This document shows, piece by piece, positions 29,995 to 39,379 of a stretch of 64,000 nt of DNA. A program made the position numbers and the translations under genes. This stretch comes from Candidatus Entotheonellaceae bacterium (GTDB taxonomy: Bacteria > Tectomicrobia > Entotheonellia > Entotheonellales > Entotheonellaceae): contig OZ250173.1 in assembly GCA_965238075.1 (NCBI GenBank), forward strand, positions 2,464,001-2,528,000, written 5' to 3'. The notes under the pieces are model-generated. The model ran no database searches and was not told the DNA's origin. It saw only the letters and a program-made list of their open reading frames with translations. The first letter of the stretch is position 1. Each line of letters begins with the position of its first letter.

Positions 29995-31780
29995 GCGCTG
30001 CTTCCTCTATCATGTGTCGAATCTGTTGCAGCTTGCGCTCAACCGCTGGGTCGGCCTTGAGCTCCAGGGATTTTTCCCAGGCTGCCTCGGCCTCATGTAT
30101 TCGGCTCAGCCGGAAGTAGATATCCCCCAAGTGTTCCTGAATAACGGGGTCGTCCGGTACCTCCTCGATGGCCTTGTTCAGTTCCGCCAAGGCTTTCGCG
30201 TACAACCCTTTCTGGAAATAGGCCCAGCCGAGGCTGTCGAGAAAGTAGCCGTTGGTCGGTTCGATTGCCAGGGCGCGCTGAATCACGGTAACCGATTCGT
30301 CGAGCTTGATGCCGCGCTCGGCGTACATGTAGCCGAGGTAATTCAAGGCATTTGCGTGCTTGGGGTCCAGCGTGATGGTGTGCTCCATATGCTGCACGGA
30401 AGAATCGAAGTCCCCCAGCTTTTCGTACACGGCGCCTAGGTTGAAATGGTAGGTGGTGTTGCCGCCGTCCAGGTCCACGGCCTTTTTCAGGCTGACAACG
30501 GCATCGTTGTAGCCCTCGCTCTTGGCCAGTAAGAGGCCGAGGTAGAAATGCGACCCGGCCCGCTTCGGCTTCAGCGAGACGGCCTGGGTCAGGGCGTCGA
30601 CCGCCTGCGGGAGATCTTCCATTTGTTCGTAGATATACCCAATATGTAAATAGACCTCGGGAGACTTCGGGCGCAATCTCGCGGCTTCTTTCAACTCCGT
30701 CAGCGCTTCCTCGTAGCGTTCCAGCTCCTCGTAGGTTTGCGCCAGATAGAAACGCATGTCGACGTTGCCCGGTTCCATCCGCACCACTTCCTGGAGGGCT
30801 TCGAGGGCTTCGAGGTATCTCTCCATTTGCAAACGGAGCATACCGATGCGGCTCAGGTACAAGTTCTGCGGCTCCAGTTGCTGAAGCTCCTCATAAATCC
30901 ACAGTGCTTCATCGAGCCGTTTCTGCTGGGTGTAAAGCTCGGCCAGGCGCTGCTGCAGCCTGAGGTTGTAAGGATTGATCTCGACGGCTTTTTGATACAT
31001 CTCGGTCGCTTCGTCATAGCGCTTCTGCTTGTCATAGATGTTGCCCAGAAAACGCAGCGCCGGCTCGAAGTGCGGTTGCTCCGCGATGGCGCGTTTCAGA
31101 TAGCGTTCGGCGAGGTCGTGGTCGCCCGCTTCGGCGTGGATGCGGGCGAGGGAGTACAAGCCGCGAGTGGAGTTCGGCATCACTTGCATCAATTCCTCAA
31201 AGACAGCGATGGCCTCATCCCGTTGCCCCGCTTCAGCAAAAAGGGAGCCGAGGTGGAGGTACGCCGATTCCTGTTGAGGTTGCAGGGTGATGGACTTGCG
31301 GAAAGCGACTTGTGCTGCCCGGTTATCGCGTCTGAAGGTATGGATTCTGCCGAGGAGGGAATAGGCCTCGTGGGACTCGGGGGCCAATTGAATGGCGCGC
31401 TCGCAGGCTTGTAGGGCCGCATCCAGATTACCTTGCTTGACGTGCAGCCGAGCCAGTTCCAGATGCAGAAATCCGGAGTACGACTGGGTGTTCAGGGCCC
31501 GGTGCATCTCGTCAACAGCACGGTTCAGATAATTCTGCTCCTTGTTGCTGCTGAACTGTAGCAGGTGGCTCAAGAGGTAGTGGAAATCGGACTCGGCGCG
31601 TTGTTGCAACGTCATGTAACGCCGGGCGGAGGCGTTCGGGGGACTTATCGGAGCGGAGTAGGGCGCTTGCGCGATGGCGCCGCCGCTGAAAAACAGCAGC
31701 AAGGCCACAACCGCCCGGAACAAAGTCCGCCTGCTTCTGCAACCTGTCACGCGCCACGCTGAGCCCGTTGTGTTCTGCAT
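29966..31780 (-). CDS. secreted tetratricopeptide repeat protein
   Basis: Signal peptide, many TPRs, ALNYLGY, YFLDSLGWAYF, EHLGD. Confidence 0.92.
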   Translation of the reverse strand: MQNTTGSAWRVTGCRSRRTLFRAVVALLLFFSGGAIAQAPYSAPISPPNASARRYMTLQQRAESDFHYLLSHLLQFSSNKEQNYLNRAVDEMHRALNTQSYSGFLHLELARLHVKQGNLDAALQACERAIQLAPESHEAYSLLGRIHTFRRDNRAAQVAFRKSITLQPQQESAYLHLGSLFAEAGQRDEAIAVFEELMQVMPNSTRGLYSLARIHAEAGDHDLAERYLKRAIAEQPHFEPALRFLGNIYDKQKRYDEATEMYQKAVEINPYNLRLQQRLAELYTQQKRLDEALWIYEELQQLEPQNLYLSRIGMLRLQMERYLEALEALQEVVRMEPGNVDMRFYLAQTYEELERYEEALTELKEAARLRPKSPEVYLHIGYIYEQMEDLPQAVDALTQAVSLKPKRAGSHFYLGLLLAKSEGYNDAVVSLKKAVDLDGGNTTYHFNLGAVYEKLGDFDSSVQHMEHTITLDPKHANALNYLGYMYAERGIKLDESVTVIQRALAIEPTNGYFLDSLGWAYFQKGLYAKALAELNKAIEEVPDDPVIQEHLGDIYFRLSRIHEAEAAWEKSLELKADPAVERKLQQIRHMIEEAAHGTPEPQRH

Positions 31781-31785
31781 TGTTC

Positions 31786-32274
31786 CTACCTTTTTGCTAG
31801 CAAATCTTGCCGCCATGCCCGTCTTGCCGCCTCTCGCAATTCTGCGTCAGCAATGCAGGCCGTGCCTTCCCGCACCCGGCGTTCCTCGTCCGCCGTTAGC
31901 AGTGCCGGTTGTTGCGTCGGCCCCTCAGGCGAGGTTCGCGGCCTTGACGGCTGGTCGGAAGCATAGGCCAGTACGAATCGCAGGTTCGAGACCTTTACGT
32001 TGCCGACTACACTGCGAATGTTGTGCCGTAGCTGCGTTTGATAAAACGTCATCTGCTGGAGCCAGATGGCGTCGCTGACGCTGATGAGCAGTTCTCCCCA
32101 CCTGAACCGCACGGGGTGCGACACCGTCGCGAGTTGAGAACCCGCGATCGCGGTCCAGTTGCGTTGCAGCGCAACCAGGGTGACGACGTTGTCGAGTCCG
32201 GCCTGTTGTAAGGCGTCCGTCAGCGCGACGTGCAGCGGCTGCAGCGCTTTCGTGTCAGAAGCGCGGCGATTCAT
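31786..32274 (-). CDS. DUF721 / DciA family protein
   Basis: W..IAG.QLA.VSHP, L.ISVSDAIWLQQM pattern. Confidence 0.8.
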   Translation of the reverse strand: MNRRASDTKALQPLHVALTDALQQAGLDNVVTLVALQRNWTAIAGSQLATVSHPVRFRWGELLISVSDAIWLQQMTFYQTQLRHNIRSVVGNVKVSNLRFVLAYASDQPSRPRTSPEGPTQQPALLTADEERRVREGTACIADAELREAARRAWRQDLLAKR

Positions 32275-32980
32275 TGTCAGAGCCCTCGGGCTGAAGTCGG
32301 GGGCCTGGCGCGGAACGGCTCATTGTTGCCGGTTGGTCATTATACGTCAAGGCGGCAATAGCCCCCATGATTTCTTTAACAATCGCCTCGGCGGTTTCCT
32401 TGCTATTGGGCCTTTGAAAATACGGCTGCAGGTCCAACGGCTTGCCGTATCGCAGCGACACCGGCGTGCGCCAGCGCGGCCACCATCGTTTGGAGCCCCA
32501 GACGCGGTCGGTACCGACGACGAGGGTCGGGATGACAACGGGTTGAGCCTGGTGAATGATCTTGCCTAGCATGCGGTTGCCTTCGTGCAGATGGCCGTCG
32601 CGACTACGGGTGCCCTCGGGGAAGAGCATGATTTTGCCGCTGCGCATGTGAGTGAGCATGCGGCGGATGCCGCGCAGATCGTTCTTGCCGCGGCGGATGG
32701 GGAAGACCCCCCAGGAATTCAGAATGAAGCTGACGATGGGCAGACGGAACAGCTCTTCCTTCGCCGGCGCCCAGATCGTCTGGGCGCCGTGGGCCCTGTT
32801 GATGGAGTAGGGGATGATCAGGGTGTCGAACATGGAAAGATGATTGCTGGCGAGCACCACACCGCCCCGGCGGGGTACGTGCTCCAACCCCTGGATGCGC
32901 AGCCGGCAAAAGGGAAACAGGAAGAGCCCGACCGCCCGGGTGGAAAAACGGAGCCACAGTGTTAACAGGGTGGATGGCAT
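32255..32980 (-). CDS. lysophospholipid (1-acyl-sn-glycerol-3-phosphate) acyltransferase family
   Basis: SNHLSMFD (HxxxxD), AKEELF, FPEGTRS. Confidence 0.92.
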   Translation of the reverse strand: MPSTLLTLWLRFSTRAVGLFLFPFCRLRIQGLEHVPRRGGVVLASNHLSMFDTLIIPYSINRAHGAQTIWAPAKEELFRLPIVSFILNSWGVFPIRRGKNDLRGIRRMLTHMRSGKIMLFPEGTRSRDGHLHEGNRMLGKIIHQAQPVVIPTLVVGTDRVWGSKRWWPRWRTPVSLRYGKPLDLQPYFQRPNSKETAEAIVKEIMGAIAALTYNDQPATMSRSAPGPRLQPEGSDNESPRF

Positions 32981-33014
32981 GATGGCTCCGTTGGACGCCT
33001 CCTGGCCACCGGCG

Positions 33015-33476
33015 TCAGGCTTGTGGCGTTGGGTTGGCGTTTTGGCTCAGCACCTGGTGTGCGGCCTGCAACGCCAGCTCATAGCTGTGTGGTCCGAAAC
33101 CCGCCACCTGGCCGAGGGCGATGTCCGCAATGTACGAATGTGCACGGAACGGCTCGCGCCGATAGATGTTCGACAGGTGGACTTCGATGACCGGAATGCT
33201 CACTCCCAGGATCGCATCCCGCAGGGCAACGCTGGTGTGGGTGAAAGCAGCGGGGTTGAGGATCAGGATATCCGCTTGCCGGCCGTGGGTCTGAATCCAG
33301 TCGATCAGTTCCCCTTCGTGGTTTGACTGAAAGCATTCCGTTTCATGTCCCAGCCGCGACGCTTCCTGCTGGAGGTTCTGATTGATGCCGGCCAGGGTAG
33401 TGGTCCCGTAGATGTGCTGTTCGCGGCTGCCCAGGAGATTGAGATTCGGGCCGTGTGCGATGAGTATCCGTGCCAT
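33015..33476 (-). CDS. aroQ: type II 3-dehydroquinate dehydratase
   Basis: HGPNLNLLGSRE, QSNHEG, NPAAFTHTSVALRDA, EVHLSN. Confidence 0.97.
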   Translation of the reverse strand: MARILIAHGPNLNLLGSREQHIYGTTTLAGINQNLQQEASRLGHETECFQSNHEGELIDWIQTHGRQADILILNPAAFTHTSVALRDAILGVSIPVIEVHLSNIYRREPFRAHSYIADIALGQVAGFGPHSYELALQAAHQVLSQNANPTPQA

Positions 33477-33490
33477 GGCTGTTCCCGCCC

Positions 33491-34606
33491 TCACTGCGCG
33501 GTTGCGGGTGTTGCGGCGTATTCCTCAAGCAGCTCTTGCAGGACGTCGAGAGGCACGGATTGCTGGAAGACCACCGCGCCGATGTCTTCGAGCATCACGA
33601 ACCGCACCACGCCGTTGATCGATTTTTTGTCGTGCGCCATCAGGTCCAGCAGGAGCTGGGGCATGATGTCGGCGTACGCGACGGGCAGACGCAGGGTTGT
33701 CAGCAAGTCGCACAGCCGTTCGCGTACGTCCGCTGAGCAATACTGCAGCCGCTCGGACAGGCGCGCGACCAGAGCCATGCCAATGGCGACGGCCTCCCCG
33801 TGTGTGTAGCGTGCGTAGGCGGTGGCGGCTTCAAGCGCGTGGCCAATCGTATGGCCGAAATTGAGAATGGCCCGCACGCCCTTCTCGGTGGGGTCCTCCT
33901 GCACCACCCGCACCTTCACTGCGATCGCCCGCTCGATGAGCGTGGTCAGCGTGGCTTCGTCGCGTTCTCGGATGGCCTGAACGCGGTTTTCCATAAAGGC
34001 GAACAACTCGGGGTCGCCAATAGCGCCGACTTTGACGATTTCGCTTAGTCCGCACAGGTATTCGCGCTCCGGCAAGGAGGCCAGCAGGCTGGTGTCCGTC
34101 ACCACCATGCGAGGCGGGTAGAAGGCCCCGATCAGGTTCTTGCCGAGGGGGTGATTGACGCCCGTTTTGCCGCCGATGCTGCTGTCGACCATGGCCAGAA
34201 GCGACGTGGGCACGTGTACCAGTGGAATGCCCCGCATGTAGCTGGCGGCCACGAAACCGCTCAAATCGCCGATCACGCCGCCCCCCAGGGCGAAAATCAC
34301 GCTTTGCCGGTCGGCGCCCATCCGCGCCAACCTGGTGAACAGCCTGGCCGCATGCCTCAAGGTTTTGCTCCGCTCACCCTCCGGCACCAGACACGACTCT
34401 ACCGCGTAGTCGGCCGCACGCAGTGATTCGCTCAGCCGTCCGCCGTATAACTCGTACAAGCCGGGATGCGTCAGCACAAACGCCTTGCGCCCCTTGTTCC
34501 AGGCGCGCGCCTGCTGTCCCAATTGCGCCAACGCCCCGGCGCCGATATGGATGTCGTACTGTTCGGTAGCCGTCTGCACGGCAATGCAACGTAGCGTGGA
34601 TGGCAT
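33491..34606 (-). CDS. aroB: 3-dehydroquinate synthase
   Basis: GGGVIGDL, PTSLLAMVDSSIGGKTG, LNFGHTIGHA, HGEAVAIG, DKK. Confidence 0.97.
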   Translation of the reverse strand: MPSTLRCIAVQTATEQYDIHIGAGALAQLGQQARAWNKGRKAFVLTHPGLYELYGGRLSESLRAADYAVESCLVPEGERSKTLRHAARLFTRLARMGADRQSVIFALGGGVIGDLSGFVAASYMRGIPLVHVPTSLLAMVDSSIGGKTGVNHPLGKNLIGAFYPPRMVVTDTSLLASLPEREYLCGLSEIVKVGAIGDPELFAFMENRVQAIRERDEATLTTLIERAIAVKVRVVQEDPTEKGVRAILNFGHTIGHALEAATAYARYTHGEAVAIGMALVARLSERLQYCSADVRERLCDLLTTLRLPVAYADIMPQLLLDLMAHDKKSINGVVRFVMLEDIGAVVFQQSVPLDVLQELLEEYAATPATAQ

Positions 34607-34688
34607 GATAGCTCCTTACAAAAACGTGTCGCGTGGGTCATGAACCCGGCAATGGTATCACAGCTTTCAACGATGGCGCCCGGCGTCA

Positions 34689-36743
34689 TCACTGCAGCGT
34701 CTCCAGGCTTTCTTGCGGTTCGCGGATGATGCGCGGGGTGATGAAAAACAACAATTCGTCGGTGCTGTCAAGGTTACGGGTTCTGCGGAAGAGCCAGCCC
34801 AGAACGGGGATTTTCGAGAAGAAGGGCACGCCGTCCTCGCTGGTGCTCATGTCGCGGGTGTAGAGGCCGCCGATGACCACCGTATCGCCATCGCGCACCA
34901 GCATTTCGGTGGTGGCTTCGCGGGTAATGATGGTGGGCACGCCGTCGCGCGAGGTTCGCGTGAAGTCGGCGGCGTTGCGCGAGGCCACGATCTTCATGTT
35001 GATGAAGCCGTGTGGCGTTACGTGCGGGGTGACGCGCAGGCTGATGCTGGCGTCGGCGAACTGCGTCTGGGTGCCCTGATTCGCGGAAGTGGTCTCGAAC
35101 GGAATGCGCCTGCCGCTCTGGATAAGGGCTTCCGTGTTGTCCAGCGTAGCAATCCGCGGCCTGGAGATCACCTTGCCACGCCCGGAGGATTCCAGGGCGG
35201 AGAGGTGAACGTCGAGAAAGCTGCCGCCGATGCTGGCGAAGGAAATGCCCATCGAGCCGCCGGCCCCCGTTCCGACCAGGGCGGGCAGGTCCAGAATGAA
35301 GTTGCCGGGAACGTTGGAGCCCGCACGGGTTCCCGCCCCGAAAATTGATACGGCGTTGGGAAACGACGCGTTGATTTTCTCTTCCGTACGCCCGGCAAGT
35401 TGCACCCCAAGATCGCGCAAGAAGTTGCGGGAGGACTCGACGATACGCGACTCGATCATGATCTGCGGTGTCGGGCGATCCAGCGTCGCCACCAGATCGG
35501 TTATCGTGCTGATGGCGGCCTGCGTATCGTTGACGATAATCGTATTGGTGCGCGTATCGACAGCCAGTGAGCCTTTGTCGCTCAACAGTTTCTCCAGGTT
35601 CGGCTGCAGGGCGGCGGCGTTGGCGTAGTTGATGGTGACCACCTGCGTGAACGTCGGCTGGATTTGCCGCTGTATCTCCTGCTCCCGAAGCCTGGCCTCG
35701 CGTTTCTTGGCGAAATGCTCCAGCGGCGCGATGCGGATGACGTTGCCGGACCGTTCGTGTCCCATGCCGTTGATGCTGAGCATCGCGTCCAAGGCCTCTT
35801 TCCACGGCACGTCATCCAGCCGAGTGGTGACTTTACCCTGCACATCGGCCCCGGCGATGATGTTCACCCCTACCGCGTCAGCGATCAGCCGCAGGACGTC
35901 GTGAAGGTCGGCTTCCTGAACGTCGAGGAAGATGGTTTCCTCGCTGGGCACAGAAGACGGCTCGGCGGGCTCCGATGGCGGTTGTTCCAGGGCTGCTTCG
36001 TCCCCCGGGACTTCTACGCCCGCTTCGGACGGCACCGACTCTGCAGCTACTTCGTCCGCCGCGGAATCCGTAATCGTTTCGGAGGCCGGGGGTTCTGCGG
36101 GTATTTCCCGCGTTGTGGATTCTGCCGACGTTTCAGGTGTCAGAGATTCTTCGTCCCTCTCGGGCAACATCGGCTCTGTGGCAGCATCTTGCTCCGTGGG
36201 CGTCGCATCCGCTTCAGGAACCGGGATCGGGCTCTCGGCAGCACCGGCGTCAGGCTGTCGGTGGGCCAAAGCGAGCCGTATAACCCCCTCGTCCTGTTCC
36301 ATCTCAAACGGAACGGCTTCATGCAGATAAACCCTGATGACGACCTGCGGTTGCATGTTGCGAATCTGTTCCACCGCCACCACTTTGGTCACGGTGCCGC
36401 CCGGGTCCTGCACGGCAAAAACCGATTGTTGGGTGCCCAGGCGCGTTGCTTGAATGTCCAGGGCCACGTGGGTTGGCTCGTAGCGCTGATGGGCGCGTAT
36501 CTGCGGCGGCGTGCCCGAGGTCCGCACGACAACCACCGCTGCATCGACTTGGTTTTCAAAGGAGACGTCGGTTACGACCGTTGCCGCGTCGCCGAAGAGG
36601 TCCGGCACCGGCTCGGGCTGCCACAGGGCGTCGGATCCGGCTGGCGTGTACGGCTCCAACTCGGTGCGGCATCCGCTGACGCACAGGGCTGCGACAAACC
36701 CAAGGACCACAAAAAAGAAGATTCCGGCAAGGCGCATACTCAC
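34689..36743 (-). CDS. pilQ: type IV pilus secretin PilQ
   Basis: Lipobox-like VSGC, AMIN-like region, N0 (LDVQEADL..VPWKEAL), D.RTN, LDRPTPQIMIESRIVE, secretin core, IPVLGWLF, FITPRI. Confidence 0.95.
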   Translation of the reverse strand: MSMRLAGIFFFVVLGFVAALCVSGCRTELEPYTPAGSDALWQPEPVPDLFGDAATVVTDVSFENQVDAAVVVVRTSGTPPQIRAHQRYEPTHVALDIQATRLGTQQSVFAVQDPGGTVTKVVAVEQIRNMQPQVVIRVYLHEAVPFEMEQDEGVIRLALAHRQPDAGAAESPIPVPEADATPTEQDAATEPMLPERDEESLTPETSAESTTREIPAEPPASETITDSAADEVAAESVPSEAGVEVPGDEAALEQPPSEPAEPSSVPSEETIFLDVQEADLHDVLRLIADAVGVNIIAGADVQGKVTTRLDDVPWKEALDAMLSINGMGHERSGNVIRIAPLEHFAKKREARLREQEIQRQIQPTFTQVVTINYANAAALQPNLEKLLSDKGSLAVDTRTNTIIVNDTQAAISTITDLVATLDRPTPQIMIESRIVESSRNFLRDLGVQLAGRTEEKINASFPNAVSIFGAGTRAGSNVPGNFILDLPALVGTGAGGSMGISFASIGGSFLDVHLSALESSGRGKVISRPRIATLDNTEALIQSGRRIPFETTSANQGTQTQFADASISLRVTPHVTPHGFINMKIVASRNAADFTRTSRDGVPTIITREATTEMLVRDGDTVVIGGLYTRDMSTSEDGVPFFSKIPVLGWLFRRTRNLDSTDELLFFITPRIIREPQESLETLQ

Positions 36744-37696
36744 CCTCCTTTGCCATCCTGGCGCCGCAGCGGCAGGGTGAGCGGTTCCGAAATGACTTCG
36801 TTTCCAGGTGTCACGTAAAGTTCCTCTATAATGAGCGCCTGCTCGCGGATTTCGGAAACGCGCCCGCCGTGCATGCCCATCCGGGTGCCGACCGTGACGT
36901 AATACCCCTTGCCGTCCGGCGCCTTGACCAGCGCTTTGCTGCCGAAGCTGCCCCGCACAATGGCTACCAGCTTCAGGGCCGCCAAGTCGAAACGTTCCAG
37001 CGGCTCCCGCACCTCGTCGGGTGCACGTTCCACGCGCTTGGGGGTCGCTGGCGGGGGCGCCTCTTTGACGAGGGGTTCCATGGGGTCGCGCCGTCCCTGG
37101 GGGTCATAACCGAAGCCTGCAGGCGCAGCCATAGGCCCCACGCCCGCTTCGTCTTCGCCAAGATAACGAAACGTAGTCGCCAGGCATTGCGTCGCTCGTC
37201 CCGTCGCCCGTATGTCGAGCTGGTTCACCTGAATAAGGCCCGGCAATGCGGTCAAACCATCCAGGAATAAGCCGACGGCGTGATAGGGACCTTTCAGTTC
37301 CATGGTGACTGGCATTTCCGCGTACAGTTCGTTGCGTTGCTCGTTCTGGGGTCGCAGTAAGTCGATCCGCAGGCCCGTGCGAACGCCAAGGTCGGAAATC
37401 CGGCGGATCAGGGCGGGTGGGTCCTGTTGCCGCGGCAGGAACTGTAGATGCTGGGTCAACTCGGTTCTGAGTGCAGCCACGGCATCCTCCAGTGCCTCGA
37501 CCTGTGCGGCGATGGCGCGTTGACGCTGCAACTGTTGCGCCCTTGAGGCGTTGCGCTCCTGCAAGGCGGCCAGTTCTTCGGCGCGCAGTTGGTGCACGGC
37601 GTTCCAATAGGTGCCCCCAGCCAACAGCAAGAGAACCGGCACCATCACCCAGCGATACAGGCTCGGAATTGTTTCGAGGCGCTCTATCCAGCCCAT
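36740..37696 (-). CDS. PilO-PilP fusion protein
   Basis: aa 1-179 PilO-like (TM helix, coiled coil, LP, YAEMPV, GPYHAVGLF, ATTFRY); aa about 195-318 PilP-like (YDPQGRRDP, EPLERFDL..LKLVAI, ALVKAPDGKGY, G..MG..GGRV). Only ORF between pilN and pilQ. Confidence 0.9.
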   Translation of the reverse strand: MGWIERLETIPSLYRWVMVPVLLLLAGGTYWNAVHQLRAEELAALQERNASRAQQLQRQRAIAAQVEALEDAVAALRTELTQHLQFLPRQQDPPALIRRISDLGVRTGLRIDLLRPQNEQRNELYAEMPVTMELKGPYHAVGLFLDGLTALPGLIQVNQLDIRATGRATQCLATTFRYLGEDEAGVGPMAAPAGFGYDPQGRRDPMEPLVKEAPPPATPKRVERAPDEVREPLERFDLAALKLVAIVRGSFGSKALVKAPDGKGYYVTVGTRMGMHGGRVSEIREQALIIEELYVTPGNEVISEPLTLPLRRQDGKGG

Positions 37697-37699
37697 GGA

Positions 37700-38281
37700 T
37701 TACTCCGATTGCCTCACGGCCTTGTCGCGGTTGTCGGGCGGCGACAGGTGAGCGGACACGATGAAGGCAGCGATGGACCTGCCGTGCAGCGTCCCGGCTT
37801 TCGATTCCACCAGGGCAACACGTGAGAACGGTGCGCCGGGGGCCGCAGCAAGATTCTCCATGAACGTCGCGATGCCTTCATTGTCAAATGATTTGCCCGT
37901 GATCTCAAGACCTGCGTCTGTATCGCGTATGGCGTCCAGCCATATCTGTTCCGGGAGGCTCTGACTGATAGTTGTAAGCAGCCGCGCCGGCTGTCTTTGG
38001 GTGCTGCGCAGGCCGCCGATCACCGATACCTTGTGTTCGAACTCCGCCTTCTCGATCTTTAATCGTTCCGTTTGTTTCAGGAGGGGTCGCAACGTTTGCA
38101 ACTCGGCTTGCATCCGCCGTTGTTCGTCACGTTGCGCCGTCAGTTGATCGTTCTGCGTTCCATGCAATCGGGCGCCGACCGCCGCCAGGACGAGTAGAAT
38201 CAGCAGGGTCAACGACAGTTGCCACCACGTCTCACGGTGACGCCTGGAGCTTTGCGTTCCGAGCAGATTGATGCGGATCAC
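37700..38281 (-). CDS. pilN: type IV pilus assembly protein PilN
   Basis: MIRINLL motif, TM helix, coiled coil, LPEQIWL, IATFMENL. Confidence 0.95.
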   Translation of the reverse strand: MIRINLLGTQSSRRHRETWWQLSLTLLILLVLAAVGARLHGTQNDQLTAQRDEQRRMQAELQTLRPLLKQTERLKIEKAEFEHKVSVIGGLRSTQRQPARLLTTISQSLPEQIWLDAIRDTDAGLEITGKSFDNEGIATFMENLAAAPGAPFSRVALVESKAGTLHGRSIAAFIVSAHLSPPDNRDKAVRQSE

Positions 38282-39354
38282 CGGTCGCCTCGCCTCCTCA
38301 AAGCCAGTCCCACACCCACCGCGGCGAGGGGCGCCATGTCTTGCAGGTAGGCGGCATCGAACTGGCTGTCGTCACAGTAAACGCGGTCGAACGGATTCGC
38401 CACGCTGACCGGCAGCCCCAGGTGCGCGCCGAGAAAGCGGTCGAGACCCCTGATGCAGCCGCACCCGCCGCTGATCACGACGCGGTCGACGCCTCGGTTG
38501 GTCGTGGTACGAAAAAGATCGAACGAGCGCTGGAGTTCGCCGCCAATCTCGGTGCTCACCGTTGCCATGACGTCGAGCAGGGCCTCTTGCCGCGCGGCGT
38601 CAATGTGTCCATGGCCCATTTTCAGCGCTTCGGCCTCATCGTGATCGATACCCAAAGCGCTCTGCACCGCGGACGTGTAGCGGTCGCCGCCGATGGCGAC
38701 GGCGCGCTGAAACGTTGTCGCGCCGTTGGATACGATGTTGACGTTCATCGTACTAGCGCCGATATCGACGAGGGCTATCGGCGTGTCTGCCAAGCCGTGC
38801 GCCGCCTCGAATGCGTTCGCCAAAGCCAAAACGTCGATATCGACTACGGCCGGCCTGAGACCAGCGGCGGTGAGCAGACTCGCTCGCTCGGCAACCCTCG
38901 CTTTCCGCGCCGCCACCAGCAAAACGTCCATCTGACCGCCCGTGGCGTTGCCCGACGCCAGAATCCGGAAATCCAGGTTGATATCAGCCATGTCGAATGG
39001 AATATGCTGTTCCGCCTCCCATTGCATCGCTTCGGCCAGCTCCCTGTCGCTCATGCGGGGCAGGCGAATGGTCTTGGTCAGCACTGCTTGGCCCGAGAGT
39101 GCGACGGCCGTATCCCTGGCGCTGATTTTCTCCATGCGGATCAGATTGCGGATCGCTGTGACCACGCTGCCTTCGTCCATGATGGTATGATCGACGATGG
39201 CTCGAGGGGGCAGGGGCATGACGCCAAAGTTGACGAGTTGGTAACTGCCTTGGCGAGCCTTGAGTCTGACCAGCTTGATCGAATGGCTGCCGATGTCGAG
39301 CCCCGTCAGCAGGGGTTTGCGGCGGAAACGCGGGAGGCGTTGCAGAAGAGCCAT
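38278..39354 (-). CDS. pilM: type IV pilus assembly protein PilM
   Basis: GLDIGSHSIK, EAEQHIPF, VLLVAA, VDIGAS, ISGG, VGLALR. Confidence 0.96.
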   Translation of the reverse strand: MALLQRLPRFRRKPLLTGLDIGSHSIKLVRLKARQGSYQLVNFGVMPLPPRAIVDHTIMDEGSVVTAIRNLIRMEKISARDTAVALSGQAVLTKTIRLPRMSDRELAEAMQWEAEQHIPFDMADINLDFRILASGNATGGQMDVLLVAARKARVAERASLLTAAGLRPAVVDIDVLALANAFEAAHGLADTPIALVDIGASTMNVNIVSNGATTFQRAVAIGGDRYTSAVQSALGIDHDEAEALKMGHGHIDAARQEALLDVMATVSTEIGGELQRSFDLFRTTTNRGVDRVVISGGCGCIRGLDRFLGAHLGLPVSVANPFDRVYCDDSQFDAAYLQDMAPLAAVGVGLALRRRGDR

Positions 39355-39379
39355 GGGTAGAAGTCAACTCCCGGCGAAA

